Shown in pieces: positions 8,940 to 17,114 of a stretch of 32,000 nt of DNA (within the stretch, counting starts at the first letter, position 1; each line of letters starts with the position of its first letter). Under the pieces are notes generated by a model that was not told the DNA's origin, ran no database searches, and was given only the letters and a program-made list of their open reading frames with translations. The position numbers and the translations under genes are program-made. Source of the stretch: Coprobacillaceae bacterium (GTDB lineage Bacteria; Bacillota_I; Bacilli_A; Erysipelotrichales; Coprobacillaceae); the NCBI GenBank assembly GCA_963675515.1, contig OY776328.1, positions 1,980,001-2,012,000 of the forward strand, written 5' to 3'.

Positions 8940-8969
8940 AAAAAGATTCCCAAACCGGGAATCTTTTTT
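8940..8969. terminator. Bidirectional terminator between pdxK and the EAL gene
   Basis: GATTCCC (8945..8951) pairs with GGGAATC (8957..8963). It is flanked by AAAAA and TTTTTT and abuts both stop codons. Confidence 0.75.
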
Positions 8970-10953
8970 AGTTCTTGGTCAGCAGGAACAGCTGGTAGAA
9001 ATGTCCGGTTTCGCTCTTTATTTTCTGGATCACGAAACTTAATTTTTGGGGATTGTGGTATTTGAGTTCCACCTCCAGGGAAATCTTTCTGTTCTGGTGC
9101 ATCTTGAGACTCCTGATGGTCGTCATCAAATCAAGATAAGAATTGTCTCTAAGGACACCAGCCACGTTCATGCCCACCTTGAAAGTGTTCTTAAGTTTGG
9201 TAGTCTTGACGATTTTTTTCAAGACATCATTGAAATAAGTTATGTACAATGCTTCATCAAGATGGATGATCGGGATGGGGATTGTGGCATAGGTTTTATC
9301 GTAGTAACGGCCCCTGAAAAGCATGGTCGCCATGGCGTCGTGATTTTCGATTTTGTTCTTTTCAAGCATTTCCCAGAAATCATCGCACTTCAATGGCGGT
9401 GCGAAAAGATAGCCCTGGCCGTAAATACATCCAATTTCCTGGAGTGACTGAATCTGTTCTAGCGATTCGACCCCCTCCACAATGAGCTGCAAATCGAGCT
9501 TGTTGGCCAGATCGACAACATAGTCGACGACCCGGTTGTTTTTAGTCCGGTTCAGGATGAAACGCAAGTCCATTTTCAACACATCTACCGGCAGTTCGTC
9601 AAGCACGTTGAGCGATGAATAGCCCGAACCGAAATCATCCATTTCGATGACAAAACCGCTGTTTTTAAGCTCATGGACCCTTTCAATCAGCAAGTCATCA
9701 TCGATACCATAGCTCTCGGTTATTTCGAGATGCAAGGCCTCTGGAGATAGCTTGTACTTTTCAAGAAGTTTTTCAAGATAAGTCAGTGTCTGGGTGTCGT
9801 AGATATCTATGCGGGACAGGTTGACCGATATCGGGATGAGATTGGGATGGGTTTCCAGCCATTCACTGATGAAAGCACATGCCTGGTCAAACACAAAATA
9901 GTCAAGCTGTTTGATCAGGTTGTTTCCTTCGAGTATCGGAATGAACTTGTCAGGAGCAAGAAATCCATAGCGGGGGTGGTTCCAGCGAATCAGCGCTTCA
10001 GCTCCAATAATGGAATAATCATGGAGGTTGAATTTTGGCTGATAGTATATTTCAAACTGGCTGTTTGCGAGTGCCATCTTGAAAGAAGATATGATTTCCT
10101 GGACAAACATCTGGTTCTTGCGCATGTCATCGTGGTAATGGACGATGTTGAGCATCTCGTTGTTCATGGCAAGATCGCTGGCGATCTTGGCGCGGTCATA
10201 GCCGATGCGGATGGGAATGATCTTTTCAGGCAGCGAGTACACCCCCATCCTCAAAGTCAGCGGAGCCTCGAGCGATTCGATCGCCTCGACCAGGCTGGTC
10301 TTGAATTTGGTGAAGTTGACATCATCGATCTCCAGGACAAAGGCGAACTCATCTCCGTTTATCCTTGTTCCAAAACCGCCGCAGTCGGTAATGACCATCT
10401 CGCATATCGCGCTTAGCTCGAAAAGAAGGTTGTTGCCCTGGACGATTCCGAAGCGCTCATTGAAAAATTTGAAGCCGTTGATGTTCAGGTTGATGACTTT
10501 CAACAACGTCGGATCGGCCCCATTGATCAGCTGCTGGCCGGTGTCAAAAAATTCATCGGTGCTTAAAAAACCTGAAGACGACTTGAGATCCATAGTGTCC
10601 GTCGGACCAATGATCTTTTTGATCTTGTTTTTCAACAAGGTCGAATTGTGGTCGCTTTTGATGATGTCATCGACACCCAGGTCAACCATCCTGCCTATCA
10701 GTTCTTCGTCGTCGCTGTCGCTCTGGATGATTACCGCCACCCGTTTGTTGTCGTTTTTGACGGTCTTGAGGCAATCGAAAGCCTTATTGTCATCCAATGC
10801 GATAAAAACCAGGGCAGCCGGTTTTTCCAGCACATCTTTCAAATCATTACTATCTTCCTCAATCAATACCGTATTTCTCGGGAATTCCTGTTGAAACCAA
10901 CTGCTTGTTGTCTGGTTATTGGTCACTAATACTATCGGTTCTATCTCTTTCAT
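8968..10953 (-). CDS. Cyclic-di-GMP phosphodiesterase-type protein: receiver-like N-terminus, degenerate GGDEF (NGDEF), EAL domain, PAS-like C-terminal extension
   Basis: AGGAGG lies 6 nt before ATG 10953. EAL-domain motifs are intact (GAEALIRW, EITES, DDFGSGYSSL, KMD, EGVES, QGYLFAPP). The GGDEF signature reads RINGDEFAF. The N-terminal ~120 aa has receiver topology but NN replaces the acidic pair. About 150 aa follow the EAL domain. Confidence 0.85.
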   Translation of the reverse strand: MKEIEPIVLVTNNQTTSSWFQQEFPRNTVLIEEDSNDLKDVLEKPAALVFIALDDNKAFDCLKTVKNDNKRVAVIIQSDSDDEELIGRMVDLGVDDIIKSDHNSTLLKNKIKKIIGPTDTMDLKSSSGFLSTDEFFDTGQQLINGADPTLLKVINLNINGFKFFNERFGIVQGNNLLFELSAICEMVITDCGGFGTRINGDEFAFVLEIDDVNFTKFKTSLVEAIESLEAPLTLRMGVYSLPEKIIPIRIGYDRAKIASDLAMNNEMLNIVHYHDDMRKNQMFVQEIISSFKMALANSQFEIYYQPKFNLHDYSIIGAEALIRWNHPRYGFLAPDKFIPILEGNNLIKQLDYFVFDQACAFISEWLETHPNLIPISVNLSRIDIYDTQTLTYLEKLLEKYKLSPEALHLEITESYGIDDDLLIERVHELKNSGFVIEMDDFGSGYSSLNVLDELPVDVLKMDLRFILNRTKNNRVVDYVVDLANKLDLQLIVEGVESLEQIQSLQEIGCIYGQGYLFAPPLKCDDFWEMLEKNKIENHDAMATMLFRGRYYDKTYATIPIPIIHLDEALYITYFNDVLKKIVKTTKLKNTFKVGMNVAGVLRDNSYLDLMTTIRSLKMHQNRKISLEVELKYHNPQKLSFVIQKIKSETGHFYQLFLLTKN

Positions 10954-10964
10954 AACCAGCCTCC

Positions 10965-10998
10965 TGTTAAATATTAGAAATTGGGCGGCTGCCCAATT
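10965..10998 (-). terminator. Terminator-like hairpin after the cobO-like gene
   Basis: AATTGGGC (10979..10986) pairs with GCCCAATT (10991..10998) and is followed on the minus strand by TTCTAATATTT. The U-tract is weak, so read-through into the EAL gene is possible. Confidence 0.5.
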
Positions 10999-11030
10999 AT
11001 TGTCAATCCTCTAAGCTCTTACCAGCGCTA

Positions 11031-11552
11031 TCAAAACTCGATTCCGCTTCTGGCTGCCTGACCCCGGTCGTAGGGATGTTTCTGTTTGACCAGGTTTGTC
11101 TGATAATCGATCAGATCCTCCAGATTTGCTATCCTTTGATGGCCGGTCATAACAACCTCGACATTGGATGGGCGGTTCTTGAGAAAATGCCGCATCTTGT
11201 CGATGGTTATATAGTTGAGACTGATTGCATCCCCGATTTCGTCAAGAACAACCATCGAGTAGGAATTGGAACTTACAATTCTCTCAATATCATCAAAGTA
11301 CTCTCCAAGCTTGTTTTTTGATTCCGCCGCTTGATTTTCGTCCATCAAAAAAGTGAAAGGGTAATTCCAATTTAACACAAAAACATCTATGTTATCAACC
11401 TTTTTTAAAACTTCGATATCATTGGTCCGTTCATTTTTTAAAAACTGGCAGTAGAGCACCAGGAACTTGTTGCTCGCTCGCAATGCCAGACCGATAGCCG
11501 CCGTGGTCTTGCCCTTGCCATCGCCATAGTAGTAATGGACGCATCCTTTCAT
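11031..11552 (-). CDS. cobO: Cob(I)yrinic acid a,c-diamide / cob(I)alamin adenosyltransferase family P-loop protein (CobA/CobO/BtuR family)
   Basis: It has YYGDGKGKTTAAIGLALRA (P-loop), VVLDEIGDAI, VVMTGH and the C-terminal KHPYDRGQAARSGIEF. The start is uncertain: AAGGAG at 11564..11559 favours ATG 11552 or 11555. An upstream ATG 11573 overlaps the preceding stop (TAATG). The 223-aa track ORF is over-extended into the kinase gene. Confidence 0.8.
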   Translation of the reverse strand: MKGCVHYYYGDGKGKTTAAIGLALRASNKFLVLYCQFLKNERTNDIEVLKKVDNIDVFVLNWNYPFTFLMDENQAAESKNKLGEYFDDIERIVSSNSYSMVVLDEIGDAISLNYITIDKMRHFLKNRPSNVEVVMTGHQRIANLEDLIDYQTNLVKQKHPYDRGQAARSGIEF

Positions 11553-11572
11553 CATCGTCTCCTTTTTTTTCA

Positions 11573-13126
11573 TTATTTTTTTTTGAAGTTCCACCACAGC
11601 CGGACCCCCAAACCAAACGCCACCACAAAGCATGCAACGCTCAAAGCCGGCATCCCAAGAACCCATTGAGGCAATGAAGCGACGGCAGCGATTGTTCCAC
11701 AAAGAAGGAACACGCCGATCAAAAATGCCAGGACAAACCGATAGGCAATCCTGTTTATCAGTTTTGTCGCCGGATAGCCAAAATTGTATTCAACCGCAAG
11801 TTTGGTCTGGCCACGCAGGAACATCCGCAGTGAATTGTTTATGTTCTTGGGAATGCTTGGAGTGGAACGGAGCGAAAGAATCGTGTTGTTGAGCATTGTC
11901 TGGAACTCTTTTTTTATCAGGTCGCCATCAATCCGATGGAGCCGGTATGCGAACACTTCCATGAAATTGGTTTCCGGTGCGATTGTCGCCAACACCCCTT
12001 CGAGAGTCATTATCCCCCGGGCAAGCATCGTCACTCCGCTTGGCATCGAGATGGCGTGATTGCTTGTAAGTGAGAAAAGCTCTTCCACCATGACACCCAG
12101 ATTGATCTTGGCAAAATCGATGTCGACATATTTGGTGACAAACAAGTCCAGGTCATCGTACAGCTTGGCATGGTCGATTTCCCCCTGGATCTTGCCATAC
12201 GACAAAAGAACCATCTTGAGCTGATAGATGTCATGCTCGAGAATGGCATTCAGGGCATCCCCAACCAGCTTCCGGTCGCGGCTGGTGATCCGTCCCATCA
12301 TCCCGAAATCGATCCATATTATCCTGCCATCATCAACCATAATGTTTCCCGGATGGGGATCGGCGTGAAAATATCCAAAATCAAGGATCTGGTTGATATA
12401 GTTGACTGTCAGCTGATGGGCTATTTCATTGATGTCATAACCCGCCTCTTCAAGATTGTCCAAATCGTCAATGTAAAAGCCGGAAACATGTTCCATGACA
12501 AGCACTGTCGGCCGGGTCAGCGGGATATTGACCGCAGGCACTCGGATATAGTTGTATTGCTTGTTGTTGCTGTAGAACTCTTCGATATTGTTGGCTTCGA
12601 CCACAAAATCCATCTCTTCCTGGGCGACTTTCCACATCTCGTCGATAAGCATGTTCACTTCCTTGGGCTTGATCTTGTCGCTTACCAGGGAAACAAAACG
12701 GCTGAGCCGCTTGACGATCTTGACATCCTGTTCCATCTGGCTGTAGATGTTTTGACGTTGTACCTTGATCACAACATGGCTGCCATCTTCGAGATAGGCC
12801 TCATGGACCTGGGCGATCGAAGCCGATCCGATAGGTGTCTTGTTGACACTTTTGAAATATTTGTGGTAGTCATCCTGGTAGGCAAGATGCAGCTGTTTTT
12901 CAACAACCTCGAAAGGCATCGCTTTGACATCCATCCGCAGTTTTTCAAGTTCCTTGACATACTCGAGCGGTATGAGATCCTGGCGCATCGATAAAATCTG
13001 GCCAAATTTCACAAAGGTCGGTCCCAGATCATCCAAGACGTTGCGCAGCTTGAGAGGAGTCATGGAGCGGTTGACGTGGTGCTTTTTCAATACCGCGAGT
13101 ATTTGATTGAGCCGACCTTTCTTCAT
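11573..13126 (-). CDS. ABC1/UbiB-family atypical protein kinase with two C-terminal transmembrane helices
   Basis: It has LGPTFVKFGQILSMRQDLIP, ASIAQVHEA, VIKVQR and HADPHPGNI (the catalytic loop of the ABC1/ADCK family). The hydrophobic C-terminus reads AFLIGVFLLCGTIAAVA...ALSVACFVVAFGLGV. ATG 13126 is 2 nt after the upstream stop; GTG 13135 is an alternative start. Confidence 0.88.
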   Translation of the reverse strand: MKKGRLNQILAVLKKHHVNRSMTPLKLRNVLDDLGPTFVKFGQILSMRQDLIPLEYVKELEKLRMDVKAMPFEVVEKQLHLAYQDDYHKYFKSVNKTPIGSASIAQVHEAYLEDGSHVVIKVQRQNIYSQMEQDVKIVKRLSRFVSLVSDKIKPKEVNMLIDEMWKVAQEEMDFVVEANNIEEFYSNNKQYNYIRVPAVNIPLTRPTVLVMEHVSGFYIDDLDNLEEAGYDINEIAHQLTVNYINQILDFGYFHADPHPGNIMVDDGRIIWIDFGMMGRITSRDRKLVGDALNAILEHDIYQLKMVLLSYGKIQGEIDHAKLYDDLDLFVTKYVDIDFAKINLGVMVEELFSLTSNHAISMPSGVTMLARGIMTLEGVLATIAPETNFMEVFAYRLHRIDGDLIKKEFQTMLNNTILSLRSTPSIPKNINNSLRMFLRGQTKLAVEYNFGYPATKLINRIAYRFVLAFLIGVFLLCGTIAAVASLPQWVLGMPALSVACFVVAFGLGVRLWWNFKKK

Positions 13127-13127
13127 A

Positions 13128-13442
13128 TTATTCACCCGTTTCTAGTTCATCCAATTTGGCTTTGAGTTGCATCAATTGTTCCTTCGAGAGTTTGTCGATA
13201 TTTTCAAAGACTGATTCAGGGCTGAGCGGTTCGATATCCAGGGCATCCTGGGCTTTGGCCTTCACTTTTTCTTTGGCCTTGTGGCTTAACTCCTGATTCA
13301 ATTCCTTTCCCTGTTTGACTGTGAGTTCGCCTTTTTCAACCAATTCATCGATAAGTTCCTTGGATTTTTCCAACGACATGGAAACCGAACCGACTGCCAC
13401 CAACAGGGCTTTTTTCAACAATTCATTCACATCTTTCATCAT
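13128..13442 (-). CDS. Phasin-like coiled-coil protein (COG3937-type, usually paired with ABC1 kinases)
   Basis: The real start is one of three consecutive ATGs (13445/13442/13439) just after GAGGT (13452..13448). The translation is M(M)MKDVNELLKKALLVAVGSVSMSLEKSKELIDELVEKGELTVKQGKELNQELSHKAKEKVKAKA...QLMQLKAKLDELETGE. The 205-aa track ORF is an upstream over-extension. Confidence 0.55.
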   Translation of the reverse strand: MMKDVNELLKKALLVAVGSVSMSLEKSKELIDELVEKGELTVKQGKELNQELSHKAKEKVKAKAQDALDIEPLSPESVFENIDKLSKEQLMQLKAKLDELETGE

Positions 13443-13543
13443 CATATACCTCGTGCAAATGTGCATCCCTTTCTTTACTTCATTATATAACATTAACCTG
13501 ATAATGAAAATAGAATGACCTTTATTTCCCGTTTTTTTGAAAT

Positions 13544-13553
13544 GTGTTATAAT
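13544..13553 (+). promoter_or_regulatory. Candidate extended -10 promoter element (TGTTATAAT) for the 82-aa ORF
   Basis: TG-n-TATAAT ends 35 nt upstream of ATG 13588. This is the same 14-mer ATGTGTTATAATAA found at 4231..4244. Confidence 0.4.
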
Positions 13554-13587
13554 AAAGTCATAAAGAAAGCAAAGGTGAGGTGTTTTT

Positions 13588-13836
13588 ATGATCGACTTCA
13601 ACCAGATAGCCAAGGTCAATACCTTGCTCAAGCAAAAGGGATATGAGTACTCGATCCATGCCATCGGTGGCTGTTCTTGCAAGGGTGTCCAGCTCAAACA
13701 GGAAGGCAAGAGTGCCAACCGCAATGAGATAATCGCCCTTATCAACGAGGTGCTGCACTCTTCTTGGCAGGTGGTGGTTCCCAGCGACGAGGATCCCGAC
13801 TATTTGCTTGTAAAACACAAAATGGACCTTTTATAG
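13588..13836 (+). CDS. Hypothetical small protein (82 aa)
   Basis: AAAGGTGAGGTG RBS before the ATG. The translation is MIDFNQIAKVNTLLKQKGYEYSIHAIGGCSCKGVQLKQEGKSANRNEIIALINEVLHSSWQVVVPSDEDPDYLLVKHKMDLL. I cannot confidently assign a family. Confidence 0.6.
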   Translation: MIDFNQIAKVNTLLKQKGYEYSIHAIGGCSCKGVQLKQEGKSANRNEIIALINEVLHSSWQVVVPSDEDPDYLLVKHKMDLL

Positions 13837-13845
13837 GTCCATTTT
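13819..13845. terminator. Bidirectional terminator embedded in the overlapping 3' ends of two convergent genes
   Basis: An 11-bp stem AAAATGGACCT (13819..13829) / AGGTCCATTTT (13835..13845) with loop TTTAT. Both stop codons (TAG 13834..13836 on +, TAA 13833..13831 on -) lie in or next to the loop. Confidence 0.7.
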
Positions 13846-14190
13846 TGCACACAAAAATTCCAGTCTGCTCTGCCACTGAGAAATCCTTGAGACCAGCTCA
13901 TCGATGTTTTCATGATCGTGCTCCTTGAGCTTTTCAACCAGCTTTCCAAGATCCTCACCCATCATCGAAAGCCCCAGATTCAAGCTAACGCCTTTGAGGG
14001 TATGGGCCTGGATAAGAAGATCATCATAATCTTTTTTCTTGCAGGCCTTCAAGAGCCGCTCAAAGGTGAAGTCGTGGGAAAAGGCCTTGAGACAGGCCCG
14101 GAAAAATTCATGATCGCCATCCATCTTGAAAGCGACAACATCTTTTTTCCAGCCCCAGTCCCTTTCAAGTTCGAGATAAAGTTCTTCCAT
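13831..14190 (-). CDS. Stand-alone histidine phosphotransfer (HPt) domain protein
   Basis: ATG 14190 lies 6 nt after AGGTGA; the track start is GTG 14196. It has the HPt signature AHTLKGVSLNLGL with the phosphorylatable His. About 119 aa, predicted four-helix bundle size. Confidence 0.8.
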   Translation of the reverse strand: MEELYLELERDWGWKKDVVAFKMDGDHEFFRACLKAFSHDFTFERLLKACKKKDYDDLLIQAHTLKGVSLNLGLSMMGEDLGKLVEKLKEHDHENIDELVSRISQWQSRLEFLCAKMDL

Positions 14191-14200
14191 GATCACTCAC

Positions 14201-15268
14201 CTAAGCTGATTTCTTGGCTTTTTGCAGCTGGATATAGGCTTCATTGAGGTTTTGTTCCAATGTAAGCTCATGATCATATTGCTTGAACCCGACCGCCAGG
14301 GAGATGTTGTCATCAACCACCTGGCATTCCTTGATGACATCTTCAAGATACTCGTCGACCGGTATTGAATTGTCCGCCGAGTAGACAACGCAGAATTTGT
14401 CCCCACCATAACGGTAGAACGAACCATTGATGCCGCGCTTTTTGAGAATACTGCCGATCTGCACAAGCAGCTTGTCGCCATATTCGAACGAATAGCGGCG
14501 GTTGAGATGGGTCAAATCGGCGATGTCGATCAGGGCGATGGACCATTCTTCATTGACAAAGTCGAAGCTGGTCAGCGCCGCCATCAAATCGACGTAGCTG
14601 ACAACCGATTCTATTCCCTCAACGTGGACCCGTTCATTGATCTCGAAGCGGTCAACACTGTCCATCAGGTCGTTTTTCGACAGCAGACGGTAATAGCGGA
14701 TGATGAAGATGCCCAGGATCCAGGCGACAAAATAAAGAAACAGAACAACTGCCACATTGATAATGTAAACCCCGTCAATATTTTTCCAGGGGTCGAAAAT
14801 CGTGTTGAAAGCCCCGAATGAATAAAGAGCTGTTGTCAGGATGTAATTGACAAACAATATCGAGTAACGCTCATGGACGACCCCCACAAGAATGGGGATG
14901 ACCCCCACGGCCAGGATCGCCACAAAACCGGTATGCATGCACACCGCCACAAATCCGTACACCACAAAGCAGATCGACAGGATCATCTGTTTGAAATAGA
15001 TGCCCGTCTTGGCGAAAGTGTAAACAAGGTAGCTGACCCCGACAATCGCCAGTTCCAGCGATATCGGCAATAGGATGAATTTGATCCAGTAGACATGCAC
15101 CGGATGAAGTAAAAGCTTTTGCGAGAGAATCACATAGAAAATGACAATCTCCATGATGAAAGTGAAAAACGTCAACAATGCCAGGACCTGGACAAAGTTG
15201 GCGAGCCACAGGTTCTTTACATAGTTCTGTTTTTCCAAATATTTTTTATATACATAACGCGAGTCCAT
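14201..15268 (-). CDS. Membrane protein with C-terminal degenerate GGDEF domain (GGDKF)
   Basis: It has about six hydrophobic helices in the first ~190 aa. The GGDEF-domain pattern follows: ALIDIADLTHLNRRYSFEYGDKLLVQIG...FYRYGGDKFCVVY. The signature Glu is replaced by Lys. GAGGTA RBS overlaps the upstream stop. Confidence 0.82.
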   Translation of the reverse strand: MDSRYVYKKYLEKQNYVKNLWLANFVQVLALLTFFTFIMEIVIFYVILSQKLLLHPVHVYWIKFILLPISLELAIVGVSYLVYTFAKTGIYFKQMILSICFVVYGFVAVCMHTGFVAILAVGVIPILVGVVHERYSILFVNYILTTALYSFGAFNTIFDPWKNIDGVYIINVAVVLFLYFVAWILGIFIIRYYRLLSKNDLMDSVDRFEINERVHVEGIESVVSYVDLMAALTSFDFVNEEWSIALIDIADLTHLNRRYSFEYGDKLLVQIGSILKKRGINGSFYRYGGDKFCVVYSADNSIPVDEYLEDVIKECQVVDDNISLAVGFKQYDHELTLEQNLNEAYIQLQKAKKSA

Positions 15269-15270
15269 TT

Positions 15271-16344
15271 TTATACCTCGACCTTTTTATTTTGTTCAAG
15301 ATAGCGATTATGGCATGTCTTTACAATTATCAGGACCGGAATCATGATAAGCATCCCGATCACCCCGAAAAATGCGGATCCGGCAAAAATGCCAAAAAGA
15401 ATGGAGATGAAAGTCAGGCCGGTAGTCGCCGAATAAATTCTTGGACCGATAACATATGAATCGACATTCGACTGGATGGCTATAAGGATAAGGAGGAAAA
15501 CAACCCGATCCACACCAAGGTAGAATGTAGCGAGCACCCCGATAAGATTTGCACTCATCGCCCCGACATAAGGGATGATCGAACCAAGACCACCCAGGAT
15601 ACCTAAGACAAGCCAGTTCTCGTTGCCGATGATCAGATATACAACGCAAAACTCGAGGCCCTGGATAAAAGCGCCGATCGCAAACGCCTTGAAGTACGAC
15701 TGAAGCGCCGCCTCGATATCCTTGAAATAGCCAATCAGGTTTTCGTCGATGACCCCGGCGATTTTTTTGATTTTCCCCCTGATTACAGGATAACTGTAAG
15801 ACATGTATATGGCCAGGATGAAATAGACGACGAAATTCAGGGTGTTGTTGATCACATTAGACACGAAGTCCAACGCGTCATTCATGAACGAGAAGTTCTG
15901 GAAGAAATCTGTTATCGACGCTATCGCCTGGGAAATCAAGGGCTGGATATCGTAGTTGGTATTGAGCGTTATCCACTGCTCGATCTCACGCAACCCTCGC
16001 GTGATCTGGGGCACCATGGTCGTCGCATTGGAGATCAGCATAGGTATGAGCAGGAAGATAAGGCCGATAAACAAGGCCAAAATGCCAAGGTAGACCACAA
16101 AAACGGCCAAGCCACGCTTTAAAAAGCGGCTTAAAAAATCAACCACCTTGTTGAGGGCAAAGGCGATGACAAAGCTGATGACAAAGGGCTTGATGATGCT
16201 AAATATCTTAGATACGATGTCGCTGTACGAGCTGTTGAGATTGGTCAAAAGCAGCAAGAAACCGATGAAAAGAATCACATTGGCCAGCGAACGGGTAGTT
16301 TTGGTGGAATTGAAATATTGGATTATCTTTTTGACATATTTCAT
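15271..16344 (-). CDS. AI-2E family transporter (PerM/YhhT-type permease)
   Basis: The start is placed at ATG 16344 (MKYVKKIIQYFNSTK...), 4 nt after the xth stop. The track ORF is over-extended into xth. The product is polytopic (~8 helices) with the conserved C-terminal GGLGSIIPYVG and VDSYVIGPRIY motifs of the family. Confidence 0.82.
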   Translation of the reverse strand: MKYVKKIIQYFNSTKTTRSLANVILFIGFLLLLTNLNSSYSDIVSKIFSIIKPFVISFVIAFALNKVVDFLSRFLKRGLAVFVVYLGILALFIGLIFLLIPMLISNATTMVPQITRGLREIEQWITLNTNYDIQPLISQAIASITDFFQNFSFMNDALDFVSNVINNTLNFVVYFILAIYMSYSYPVIRGKIKKIAGVIDENLIGYFKDIEAALQSYFKAFAIGAFIQGLEFCVVYLIIGNENWLVLGILGGLGSIIPYVGAMSANLIGVLATFYLGVDRVVFLLILIAIQSNVDSYVIGPRIYSATTGLTFISILFGIFAGSAFFGVIGMLIMIPVLIIVKTCHNRYLEQNKKVEV

Positions 16345-16348
16345 AGTT

Positions 16349-17113
16349 CTACCACTTGTGACATTCGAGTTCGAGAACGACCGGGCAATGGTCGGAACCG
16401 TAGATGTCATTCAGGATCTTTGCTTCTTTTATTTTGCCTTCCAGAGCCTGGGAAACCACGAAATAGTCGATCCGCCAGCCGATATTCTTGTCACGGGCCT
16501 TGAAACGGTACGACCACCACGAATATATATCGCTCTTGTTTGGATAGAGATACCTGAAAGTGTCGACAAAACCGCGGCTTAAAAGTCTGGAAAACGAATC
16601 CCGCTCCTGGTCGGAGAAACCGGGATTGAAGTGATTGCGGGCCGGGTTTTTCAGGTCTATTTCCTGATGGGCCACATTGAGATCGCCACAAAGGATGACC
16701 GGCTTGGTCTGGGCCAAATTCTCCATATAGTCATGCAAAGCATAGTCATACTCCAGGCGGTAATCAAGACGCTTGAGTTCATCCTGGCTGTTTGGCGTAT
16801 AGGAGTTGATCAAATAAAAGCCCTCGTATTCAAGTGTCAACAGCCGTCCCTCATCGTCGAGATGCTCGATTCCTAGACCGTAAGTGACAGCCAGCGGTTC
16901 CTTTTTGGTGAATACCATAGTCCCGCTGTAGCCTTTTCTTTTGGCCGAATTGATATACTGGTAGTGATTTGGCGTGTCGACCTGGGCCTGACCATCCTGC
17001 ATCTTCGTTTCCTGGATGCAAAAAATGTCGGCGTCGATGGATTCGAATATGTCTATAAAATCTTTTTTCAAAACAGCACGCAGGCCGTTTACGTTCCAGG
17101 ATACTAATTTCAT
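16349..17113 (-). CDS. xth: Exodeoxyribonuclease III (AP endonuclease, EEP fold)
   Basis: It has MKLVSWNVNGLRA, FCIQETK, GDLNVAH, FSDQERDSF, YSWWSYR and GSDHCPV, the full ExoIII/ExoA motif set. 254 aa. Confidence 0.93.
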   Translation of the reverse strand: MKLVSWNVNGLRAVLKKDFIDIFESIDADIFCIQETKMQDGQAQVDTPNHYQYINSAKRKGYSGTMVFTKKEPLAVTYGLGIEHLDDEGRLLTLEYEGFYLINSYTPNSQDELKRLDYRLEYDYALHDYMENLAQTKPVILCGDLNVAHQEIDLKNPARNHFNPGFSDQERDSFSRLLSRGFVDTFRYLYPNKSDIYSWWSYRFKARDKNIGWRIDYFVVSQALEGKIKEAKILNDIYGSDHCPVVLELECHKW

Positions 17114-17114
17114 C

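Noticed and set aside
4231-13555. An identical 14-mer ATGTGTTATAATAA upstream of both small orphan ORFs (4231..4244 and 13542..13555), considered as a shared regulatory motif.
   Set aside because: It is essentially the extended -10 consensus. A single shared 14-mer in AT-rich DNA is near the chance expectation, and the flanks do not match.
13443-13745. The N-terminal extension of the phasin-like ORF (205-aa version). Similar upstream extensions occur for nrdG, cobO, AI-2E, HAD, corA, proS, the phosphatase and the MFS gene.
   Set aside because: The extended parts overlap upstream genes or promoters and have odd composition. Internal ATGs preceded by good Shine-Dalgarno sequences fit the conserved protein N-termini.
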